Notes under the pieces: model-generated
The model's input: only the letters and a program-made list of their open reading frames with translations
The model's database searches: none
What the model was told of the DNA's origin: nothing
Made by a program: the position numbers and the translations under genes
From: Octopus sinensis
Lineage: Eukaryota
DNA length: 27,116 bases
Assembly: GCF_006345805.1 (NCBI RefSeq)
Contig: NW_021834043.1
Span: forward strand, 1-27,116
Direction: 5' to 3'
In this document: positions 1 through 9,777 of the stretch, one piece after another
Layout of the letters: each line of letters starts with the position of its first letter
How positions within the stretch are numbered: the first letter of the stretch is position 1

Positions 1-196
1 CAAGTGTCTACTATAGTCTCGAGCCGACCAAAGCCTTGTGAGTGGATTTGGTAGACGGAAACCGAAAGAAGCCCGTGTATATATGTATATATGAATATAT
101 ATATATGTATATATATGTATATATGAAAAATTATATATATATATATAACACCAAGTAAGTAAGGGGTTTTATCTATATTATATATATATATATATC

Positions 197-231
<35 letters not shown>

Positions 232-458
232 GGTGTGTGTGGTGGGTGTGTTTGTGTGTCTGCGTTTGTCCCCCCAACATCGCTTGCAATCAATGCTGGT
301 GTCTTTACGTCCCCGTCAACTAGCGGTTCGGCAAAACGAGACCGATAGAATAAGTACTAGGCTTACAAAGAATGAGTGGTCGATTTGCTCGACTAAAGGC
401 GGTGCTCTAGCATGGCCGCTATCAAATGACTGAAACAAGGAAAAGAGTAAAAAGAGTA
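1..458 (+). mobile_element. SINE family 1 copy, 5' end cut by the window edge
   Basis: Shares body caagtgtc..tatag..gccgaccaaagccttgtgagtggatttggtagacggaaac, an internal TA/TG microsatellite and tail ggtgct..agcatggcc..aaatgactgaaacaag..aaagagta with other copies here. Confidence 0.92.
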
Positions 459-1049
459 TGTATGCAAACAAGAGTGTGTTTAGTGAATTCATTGATAGAA
501 TCTACCACCAGAATTCCTTAATTAACGCATTGTGTTTAACCAGCGAAGCAAAAATATTTATAAAAAAAGACACTAAGTTAAAATCGAAATGTATTTTGCC
601 CAGCCAGGCTATATAATTTAATATCTAATATATCATCTTCGTTTTGTTACTCTTTAAATAGGTTTCTCCTCCATTTTAACTACTCTTGGTAATTCATAAA
701 AAAAATATTTCATTTCTTTTTCACGTTATTAAATTTGTCTCGTCCATTCATAGTAAAAAACAAACAAACAAGCGAAAAGCTCAATTTTAATATTTCGTCT
801 GTTTAAAGATGCCTGATTTCTTAATTAAAGGAATTGTATTCTTGCATTGTAACATCTTTAAAAGTATTCATCAAATACGGAACATGAATTACAAGAATAA
901 CAACAACAAAGTCAAAAGAAATACGATAAAATAAAACGCGACTGAAATGGTTTATAGCATTTTAGAATTACTTAAACAGAGAGAACTGACATTTTGAGAT
1001 TATATTTTGGCCATTTGCTAATGGCATCGAAATCACTTTAGAAAGTAGT

Positions 1050-1404
1050 GTATGTATGTATGTATGTATGTATGTATGTATGTATGTATGTATGTATGTA
1101 TGTATGTATTGTATGTATGTATGTGTGTATGTATATATATATATGTATATATATATGTATATATATATATGTATATATATATGTATGTATATATGTGTAT
1201 GTATGTATATATGTATGTGTATGTATGTGTGTGTATATATGTATGTATGTGTATGTATGTATGTATATAATGTTTATCTATGTATATTTTTGTATATATA
1301 TGCATGCATGTGTATGTATGTATGTATATATGTATGTATGCAAGCATGCCTATATGTATATATGTATATATGTACATACATATATACTACATATATACAT
1401 ATAC

Positions 1405-1439
<35 letters not shown>

Positions 1440-1572
1440 AAGAGACAGACGACAAGAGACATGCATACATACACACTTATATACACGTGTATATAAATAT
1501 ATATATTCAATATATAGATATGTGTGTGTGTATGTCTTTATATACATATCTACGTATTTATATTATATGTAG

Positions 1573-1628
<56 letters not shown>

Positions 1629-1670
1629 TATATATATGAGTGGGTGTGTTGTATGTATATATATATGACT
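1050..1670. repeat. Compound (TATG)n/(TA)n/(AG)n microsatellite
   Basis: Direct reading; it is the source of the MYV/YI ORFs. Confidence 0.97.
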
Positions 1671-2104
1671 TTGTTACTGCTAATTTGATTAGGTTAGGAT
1701 ATGTGAAAAGTTGCCCATAAGTGGATACTTACCTTGAACAAAAAAAAAAAAAAACAGCAAAAAGCCCAAGAGGCACAACAAACAGAAAAAAATCTCCACA
1801 CAGAATTTGTACCATTATCAGAAGAAATTCTAAAATAATGCTGACGGAATCATCAATCTATTAGCCCTTTGTTCTGATGAAATATCATGAATCGGTGTTC
1901 ATAGTCTAGCTTAATTTGTTTCTAGTTATATCGCTAATGCTTTGAAAAAGAATTGGGTTAGATAGAGCTAGCCATAAGAGAGTAATTCACGAACAGACCG
2001 ATCCTAGTCTATATATATATATACAGCTCTAAATATATAGAGACATTTATGCACGTGACCCACGGTATTCAAGAGAGATAGTTGTTCGAAATATACTCGT
2101 AAAT

Positions 2105-2129
2105 GTGTATATATGTATACGTATATATC

Positions 2130-2161
<32 letters not shown>

Positions 2162-2255
2162 TGTATGTATGTATGTATGTATGTATGTATGTATGTATCT
2201 ATTTATCTATCTATCTATATCCATAACTATCTATCTATCTATCTAGCTATATTCA

Positions 2256-2294
<39 letters not shown>

Positions 2295-2636
2295 TTGTAT
2301 ATCTATTTATTTATTTATACATTTATAAAGCCAGCGCATTTTAAAATATTTAAAAATATTTCCGTATTTTTAAATATTGAATATTTATATGTTTATATAT
2401 TTGTATGTTTTGATACTCTATTATCTAGAACTTTATATTGATTGATTAATGTCCAATGAAAGTACACAAATATATATAGAATATTCTATTGGATAATAGG
2501 TCATGTTTCTCTAGTTTTCAACTGGTATTGCCTCCATTGAAATTATAAATTGGAACTCAGAGCACTTTAATTTTAACCTGGTTCTGAGCGTTGTTAATGT
2601 TAAACATCTCTAAACTCTAAAATGTATAATTTATAT

Positions 2637-2691
<55 letters not shown>

Positions 2692-2953
2692 TCTATCTAG
2701 TATATATATATATATATAATAGATAGTTAAATATATACATATATATATACATACATACATATATATATATATATGTATGTATGTATGTATGTATATATGT
2801 ATATATTTATCTATCTATTACATATATATATATTATATATAATAGATAGATAAATATATATATATATATATATACATATATATAATATATATATATAATA
2901 TATATATATATACATATATATATACATATATATATACATATATATATATATAT

Positions 2954-3008
<55 letters not shown>

Positions 3009-3110
3009 GTATACATATATACCCACAAATACACATACACACACACACACACATACAAGCATACATACATGTGTGTGTGTGTGTGTGTTTGTGTATTTGT
3101 GTGTATTTGT
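2105..3110. repeat. Compound (TATG)n/(TCTA)n/(TA)n/(CA)n microsatellites with short unique spacers
   Basis: Direct reading. Confidence 0.93.
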
Positions 3111-3129
3111 GTTTGTAATAGTGTGTGTG

Positions 3130-3262
3130 TGTTAGCGGCTTCGAAAAATAAACCGATGGAAGAAGCACCAGTATTCGGATCGGTTTCTTCGACTAAAATT
3201 CCTCAAGCCGGTGCCCCAGCATGGCCGCAGTCTCATGACCGGAACAAGTAAAACATAAAAGA
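3130..3262 (+). mobile_element. SINE family 1 tail fragment (diverged)
   Basis: ttagcgg..tcg..ccgat..ggtgccccagcatggccgcagtc..gaacaagtaaaa. Confidence 0.75.
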
Positions 3263-3589
3263 CGAAGACTATGAAATTAAATGGCGGAGTTTTGATCTTC
3301 ATGCACAGATTTATAAATCAGAATTAAATGGCTGAAGCGAATACGAAAGCGGCGAGAAAATTGCGTGGAAAACCGTTTCTTTGTTAGGCGATGTATTGTC
3401 CTTGTATTGTGATGAATGCGCTCTCAGGATGTATAGAGCCTGGAAAGTATATCCAATTGGAACTGGTAAATGGTGTGTGTTGCTTCACTTTTATGCTAAG
3501 TTAAATCTAATCTTGCGTTCATGAATCGAAATGTAAATGTTTGGTTAATTGTGTGATAATATTGTAATCAATATGTTATTTGGAAAAGG

Positions 3590-3607
3590 GCACGCGCGCG
3601 CGTGTGT

Positions 3608-3639
<32 letters not shown>

Positions 3640-3771
3640 AGTAGAGGTAGAGAGAGTGTAGGTGTTCGTGTGTGTATGTAAATGAATATACAGTTGTATA
3701 TATCTAAATGTACACCCCCACATACACACACACATATATATACAGAACAAAATGTATACGTGTATATATAA

Positions 3772-3802
<31 letters not shown>

Positions 3803-4035
3803 TATATATATATATATATATACGAATATACGCACGTATATGTTTGTATACGTGTGCACATATATATATGTATAAACATATGTATACATATATGCATATA
3901 TATATATATGTAATTCGTGCATCCACCTATCTATACTGATATATGTATATATATATATATATATATATTCTATATATATATATATATATATACATACACA
4001 CATACATACATCCATACATATATATATATATATGT
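3590..4035. repeat. Compound (CG)/(TG)/(AG)/(TA)/(TATG) microsatellites
   Basis: Direct reading. Confidence 0.92.
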
Positions 4036-4602
4036 TGTTACGTGCACATCCAATTGTGTAGTTTTAAACTTTTCCTCTCCGTACTGTTACTGACGATCTC
4101 ATATCAAATTTATCAAAGGCATTCAAACTAATTCGCGTGCAAATGGCTTCTTCTCAGCAATAGTACGCCTCTCGCAGTTGAATATTCCGTGGTTCCGATA
4201 GTTTGCTCCATTCAAATAGAGACACGGACAAGAATATCTATTGAAATATAAAGGCCCAATCTTCGGATAATAATTACGCGATTCTTTCAAAAACTTGATC
4301 AGAAATACGATGAACGAATGTAATTATCCTGCAGAGAAGAGATCGATGTCAAATGTGGCGTTGTAAATAATCAAACATGGAATATAAATCGAAGTATCAT
4401 ACTTTCCATAAATATGGCATTCGTGGCCCCCTTCCGTATCTGCGATTAAGAATTTGGCTGCGTTTTTTTATCCCTTAACGGAGAAGAGCATCCTTTTATG
4501 GGGGAATACTTTGTCGATCTCTTAAATCTAGTTACTACAAAATATTCCAGTGGAGGCCATAATTTTCAGTCATCACACAGTTTCTTGATTTCTTGTTTGT
4601 GC

Positions 4603-4624
4603 ATCTATCTATCTATCTATCTAC

Positions 4625-4720
<96 letters not shown>

Positions 4721-4750
4721 ATCTATCTATCATACATACTACAATACTAC

Positions 4751-4781
<31 letters not shown>

Positions 4782-4874
4782 CATATATATATAAATATAA
4801 ATATACTATATATATTATTATATAGATATATATATAGTATATAGATATATATATATATATATATTATATATATA
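4603..4874. repeat. (TCTA)n followed by (TA)n
   Basis: Direct reading. Confidence 0.96.
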
Positions 4875-4876
4875 GA

Positions 4877-5164
4877 GGTAAAATATGAAAAAATCACGAA
4901 AATGCATATTGCAAATAGAAAAAGGCTCTTTATGACAGGTAGTGACAAATATATACATTTAGATTGACTGAGGTAGTATACGAGTCATAAAGGTTCGTTT
5001 TGTTCTCTTACTTTATTATCATCTTAAAATCGTCTCATAATAATGACCTTTATGACTCGTATTACTACCTCAGTCAATCTAAATGTATATATTTGTCCCT
5101 ACCTGTCATAAAGAGCCTTTTTCTATTTGCAATATGCATTTTCGTTGATTTTTCATATTTTACC
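4877..5164. repeat. Long inverted repeat, arms about 118 bp, spacer about 51 nt
   Basis: 4877-4994 is the reverse complement of 5046-5164 with only a few substitutions or indels. Confidence 0.95.
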
Positions 5165-5179
5165 CTTACATTTCCACGT

Positions 5180-5430
5180 GTATTTTATATTTTCTTTTCG
5201 TAACATATTTCTACTATGTATATATATGTGACCTCGTGAAGACCTCTTCCATTTTTTTTCCCTCTGTCCTCCCACCTCAGCATCTTTCTTTCTCCTATGT
5301 TTCCGACGAAGAGCTCCGCTCGAAACGTCATACCTTCCTTCTTCCCTTTTTTCCTGAGCGCCCAATAATACTTTATTTGTTCCACATCCTCGCGTTGGTA
5401 TCTTTTTGTTTTCTTGTTTGGATTAACTTT
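5180..5430 (+). mobile_element. Penelope-like element terminal-repeat fragment (putative)
   Basis: Pyrimidine-rich segment carrying a minimal hammerhead and ending in (TA)n. Related in layout to the minus-strand segment at 7940-8130. Confidence 0.5.
5299..5333 (+). ncRNA. Minimal variant hammerhead motif of Penelope type, probably decayed
   Basis: gttt CCGACGA a GAGC tcc GCTC GAAA CGTC atac. Helix II is 4 bp, helix III is reduced to the ACGT palindrome, GUC triplet present. U4 is C and helix I has one mismatch. Confidence 0.6.
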
Positions 5431-5447
5431 ATATATATATATATATA

Positions 5448-5692
5448 TATCTATACAATATGTTACATTACTCGGTAGTCAAGATAAATCTCTGAGTTTC
5501 AGATGCCGAAGTGGAAATCCACAACACCATCTCTTCGGTTATCTGCTATTTGAAAACGTTATGAAAAATTTTTTTCATAACGTTTTCAAATAGCCAGATA
5601 ACCGAAGAGATGGTGTTGTGGATTTCCACTTCGGCATCTGAAACTCAGAGTTTTATCTTGACTACCGAGTAATGTAACATATTGTATAGATA
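5448..5692. repeat. Near-perfect palindrome, arms about 121 bp, almost no spacer
   Basis: Centre is aaaaa-tt-ttttt at about 5569-5570; one substitution and one indel between the arms. Confidence 0.97.
5596..5658 (+). ncRNA. Hammerhead-like variant in the right arm of a palindrome; mirror copy on the minus strand at about 5482-5544
   Basis: Helix I agataa/ttatct, core CCGAAGA, helix II gatg...catc, an extra T, GAAA, palindromic helix III actc-a-gagt, GUU triplet. Non-canonical at two core positions. Confidence 0.35.
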
Positions 5693-5753
5693 AATTTCCT
5701 CTATTTACATAATATTGAGGTCTCTTTCTTTTTTTGTTATCTACCGTTTTATC

Positions 5754-5786
<33 letters not shown>

Positions 5787-6069
5787 ATACATAATATATT
5801 TTTTACACACCGGTGAATATATTCATTTGATTCTAGTCCGGCTAGCTTTCACACAAGTCAGTAAATATTTTCTTTACCGACTTCTATTTTCGTCTTAGTT
5901 CAGAACGTTCAATGTATTCGTCAATGAGCGGATCAGATCAGATCATAGTGAAAAAACTGTGTATCGCAATCGACGGGTCTTCTGAACGAAGCCATATGAT
6001 TTTAACACACAATACTGTGCACGAAGTTTCTCTGAGACAAAATATTACAGCTAATGTTGTTTCATGTCC

Positions 6070-6539
6070 CTTTTACTCTTTTACCTTTTTACTTGTTTCA
6101 GTCATTTGACTGCGGCCATGCTGGAGTACCGCCTTTAGTCGAGCAAATCGATCCCAGGACTTATTCTTTGTAAGCTTAGTACTTATTCTATCGGTCTCTT
6201 TTGCCGAACAGCTAAGTTACGGGGACGTAAACACACCAGTATCGGTTTTAAGCGATGTTGGGGGGACAAACACAGACACACAAACACACACACACACACA
6301 CACACACGCGCGCGCGCACACGCCACCACACACACACATACACACACACAACACACATATATACATACACATACATACGACTGGCTTCTTTCAGTTTCTG
6401 TCTACCAAATCCACTCACAAGACTTTGGTCGGCCCGAGGCTATAGTAGAAGAGACTTGTCCAAGGTGCCAGGCAGTTGGACCGAACCCGGGACCATGTGG
6501 ATGGTAAGCAAGCTACTTATCACACAGCCACTCCAGCAT
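6070..6539 (-). mobile_element. SINE family 1 full-length copy
   Basis: Reverse complement of head (A/B boxes), body, CA microsatellite and tail. Confidence 0.93.
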
Positions 6540-7308
6540 CTATTTTGCTAGGGACACCGTATTTCGTTATTCAACCACAATATACTACAGAGTGTATTAA
6601 ATAGTTTTATAAGTCAATACTGTATACTACTGTGCTAGCAGTGCCATTACATCACTACTTGTTAAGGTTATTTCAAGAGATTTTCTACAGAAATTATAGC
6701 AAGTGTGGACCGTGATTTCTATAGAAAATCAATAGAAATAACTTTAATACATTATCTTATACACACCGGTATTTTAATCTAAGGCAATTTCAACTGTGTA
6801 TACTAATTTAAAACTACTTTTAAGTTTACCTATTAACATTGGAAATTCATTTTAGTTTATTTTTAAATTTTTTATGTAAACTGTTAACTACAATTCCCTT
6901 TAAATTAATTACCACTAAACTCATATAAATTCTCGTCTTCCGAATTTTGGACACAAGCATTTTGTTAGTGTAATAAATCAATATTTTGTTAATGTATTTT
7001 TTGCAATTTTCTTTCACAGTATAAAGATACTGTTTTGTTAAGAAAAGGACGTATATTTTTCAATGTCTACCAAAGATAAAGTAGACTGATATTTTTCTCT
7101 ATCATCAGGATTTATTTGAAGTTTTCTCTAGCGAGATAACGTTTTATAAATCTTATATGAAGAATATCTCACAGCCTTTAAGATTAAGCTTTTTCTGTTT
7201 ATATAACGTTAATGTATAAAGTATATTCAGTTCTGGTAAAGAAATTGAGAAGGTCAAATATTCCACCAGTTGGCTTGCTGAGATCACGATTAGGTTAGAT
7301 ATGTGGGT

Positions 7309-7639
7309 GTGTGTTCAAGAAAGATTTGGACAATTTCTGAAAAGAATATGAAGCGCAGGAGTGGTTGTGTGGTACGTAGCTTGCTTACCAACCACATGGT
7401 TCTGAGTTTAGTCCCACAGCGTGGAACCTTGGGCAAGTGTCTTCTACTATAGCCTCGGGCTGACTAAAACCTTGTGAGTGGATTTGTATATAGTTCAAGT
7501 TTACAGAAAACAAAAGACGAAAACCGGTGAAAGAACAACAAGCGTGGAACCTTGGGCAAGTGTCTTCTACTATAGCCTCGGGCTGACCAAAGCCCTGTGA
7601 GTAGATTTGCTAGACGGATAGACGGAAACTGATAGATGT

Positions 7640-7676
<37 letters not shown>

Positions 7677-7992
7677 TATATATATATATATATTATATGT
7701 ATGTTTGTGTCTGTGTTTTCCCCCATCGCTTGACAACCGATGTTAGTGTGTTTACTTCCCCGTGTGTTCAAGAAAGATTTGGACAATTTTTTAAAAGAAT
7801 ATGAATCGGAGTGGCTCTGTGGTAAGTAGCTTGCTAACTAATCACATGGTTCTGTGTTTAGTCCCACAGCGTGGAACCTTGGGCAATTGACTTCTGCTAA
7901 TAGCCTCGGGCTGACCAAAGCCTTGTGAGTGGATTTGTATATAGTTCAAGTTTACAGAAAACAAGAGACGAAGACCGGTGAAAGAACAACAA
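7309..7992 (+). repeat. Direct duplication of about 232 bp (7309-7541 and 7762-7992)
   Basis: Both copies begin gtgtgttcaagaaagatttggacaattt and end ccggtgaaagaacaacaa. Confidence 0.93.
7350..7940 (+). mobile_element. Rearranged SINE family 1 copies (two heads, one partial body)
   Basis: Heads at about 7352 and about 7805, body restart at 7542, truncated tail at about 7760. Confidence 0.9.
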
Positions 7993-8130
7993 TCGGGTGT
8001 ATTAGTTTAACATTCGGGTAGTATGGTAATGTCTTTGGCGTTTCGAGTCGACGTTCTTCGACAGAATGGGCCTAATGAAGAAAAAACGGAGACAGAACGA
8101 AAAAAACAAAGTTCACAGAAAAAAATGGGT
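7940..8130 (-). mobile_element. Penelope-like terminal-repeat fragment (putative); its end is duplicated at about 7490-7541
   Basis: Contains the decayed hammerhead at 8033-8067 followed by a taatac/tgttgtt/tcttgttttctgtaaac tail. Confidence 0.45.
8033..8067 (-). ncRNA. Decayed minimal hammerhead motif
   Basis: Minus strand reads catt CTGTCGA a gaac gtcg actc GAAACG cc aaag, the same architecture as 5299-5333 but with a broken helix II and cleavage triplet. Confidence 0.45.
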
Positions 8131-8149
8131 AGGGATTAACAGTTGAACC

Positions 8150-8300
8150 GGGATTTCCTCTATCTTATTCATTCACAAGGCGCCCCTCAAACTGCGGCTA
8201 TGCTGGATGAAAATTGCCGGGCGTCTTGCGCAGAGAGATGGAACCCAGAACCATTGTTGTTGCAAAGCGGACGTCTAAACCACACAGCCGTACTTGCGTC
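8150..8300 (-). mobile_element. Highly diverged SINE head/body fragment
   Basis: Minus strand ggctgtgtggtt..atggttctgggttcc..catagcc..gccttgtga. Confidence 0.55.
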
Positions 8301-8615
8301 GCTAATATTAATGAGTCAGTTAGACCAAGAAAGGTTCTGCTCCTAACACTGATTTTGCTCTGTGATTGCGTAAGAAATCGATAAGCAATCACTAGTATTG
8401 GTGATGGATGTAATTTCAATAAATCAACTTCTTGCTTTCAATCATTTCTTTTAACTAGAATGAATATTTGATTTTCCAATCATTTTATATCGAAATATGT
8501 CGATTGGGAAATAAATATGGTGATATTTCCATTTCATAAAATTAAATATTGACATTAGATTTATGAAAAAAATTATTCTCTACCGAAATTAGGCAGAAAA
8601 TACCTTCACCACCCC

Positions 8616-8653
<38 letters not shown>

Positions 8654-9083
8654 TAGCCATATATACACAAGACAAACGCACACATACACACATACTTACA
8701 TATACACACTACTAGCTCTATACAGAGATCGAGTGAGGCCCGGACTGGATTATTAACGTGACAGGTTGAAAGGAAATGCTGCAACAAACAGATAGACATG
8801 CCTGAACGCATCTAAGGAAAAGCTACCTGGCAGGAAGCCCCTCGCCAACACGGTATAACCTCTAACCTTCAAACGCGCTTCCTCCCTTTCTACCCACCCC
8901 TGTCTCTGTCACTTCCGATGCTTATCGGTCCATTACCGCCGCCACTAAACTCCCTCAACTCATTCGTCTTTCTTCATTTTGCCATCCCTATCACTTCCAA
9001 AACCATTCCAGGCGTCTAAGGTGTGGATTCGGATCATCAAATGCTTACATTCAAAGCAATTACACACTGATTATGAATGTTAT

Positions 9084-9180
9084 AAAGGCGCTGGTATGGC
9101 TGTGTAGTTAATAAACTCGCTTTGTAGCCATGTGGTTTTGGGTTCGGTCCTGTTGTGCGGCAGTTGGGGCAATAATTTCC
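9084..9180 (+). mobile_element. Diverged SINE family 1 head
   Basis: aaggcgctggtatggctgtgtagt...tgggttcggtcc...tggggcaa. Confidence 0.65.
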
Positions 9181-9182
9181 TC

Positions 9183-9225
<43 letters not shown>

Positions 9226-9235
<10 letters not shown>

Positions 9236-9450
9236 AATTAAGGACTGAACACGAAAAGTGGACAGTCAACATGCTAGATATAGACGTCAAATCGCCATTC
9301 TCCACAAAGATTATGTTCTCGAATCAAACTCAGTTTTGTGCTGAGTTTGATTTGAGAAACTAATCTTTTTGTGGAGAATGGCGATTTGACGTCTATATCT
9401 AGCATGTTGACTGTCCACTTTTCGTGTTCAGTCCTTAATTGGTATATATA
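9226..9450. repeat. Near-perfect palindrome, arms about 100 bp plus TA, 7-nt loop
   Basis: 9234-9333 is the reverse complement of 9341-9442, loop ttttgtg. Differences are a 2-nt indel and three substitutions near the apex. Confidence 0.97.
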
Positions 9451-9551
9451 AATATTTTAATCTTCGGATTCTTTTTTAATATGCTAGAGCACTGGTTTTA
9501 ATTGATAAATATCAATTTCTACCCTTAATTATATATATATATATATATATA

Positions 9552-9605
<54 letters not shown>

Positions 9606-9704
9606 TATAAGAAGGAAATAATTTTATTCTCAAATGCAGAATAATGCGAATAATATAGCATGAATAGGATAAACTATCCATATTTTGCAGAAAAAATGTG
9701 TCGG

Positions 9705-9777
9705 CGGCCAGCCATGAGACTCGAATTCACATCCCTGTGATGACGCGTTAAGTGCTTTACCATGAAGCTAAACCGAC
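9705..9777 (-). pseudogene. tRNA-like element (tRNA pseudogene or isolated SINE head)
   Basis: Minus strand has A-box TAGCTTCATGG, D stem GCTT/AAGC, T arm GTGAA-TTCGAGT-CTCAT and a wobble-rich acceptor stem GTCGGTT/GGCTGGC. The anticodon arm does not pair. A T6 run follows about 8 nt downstream. Confidence 0.6.

Noticed and set aside
1873-1905. CTGATGA...gaatcggt, hammerhead-like
   Set aside because: No helix II, no GAAA and no helix I.
4060-4570. Unique-looking sequence with open stretches on both strands
   Set aside because: Translations showed no recognisable domain or convincing splice pair.
8720-9000. Possible GIY-YIG C-terminus and 3' UTR of a Penelope-like element
   Set aside because: Only a vague resemblance; translations are stop-ridden with no diagnostic motif.
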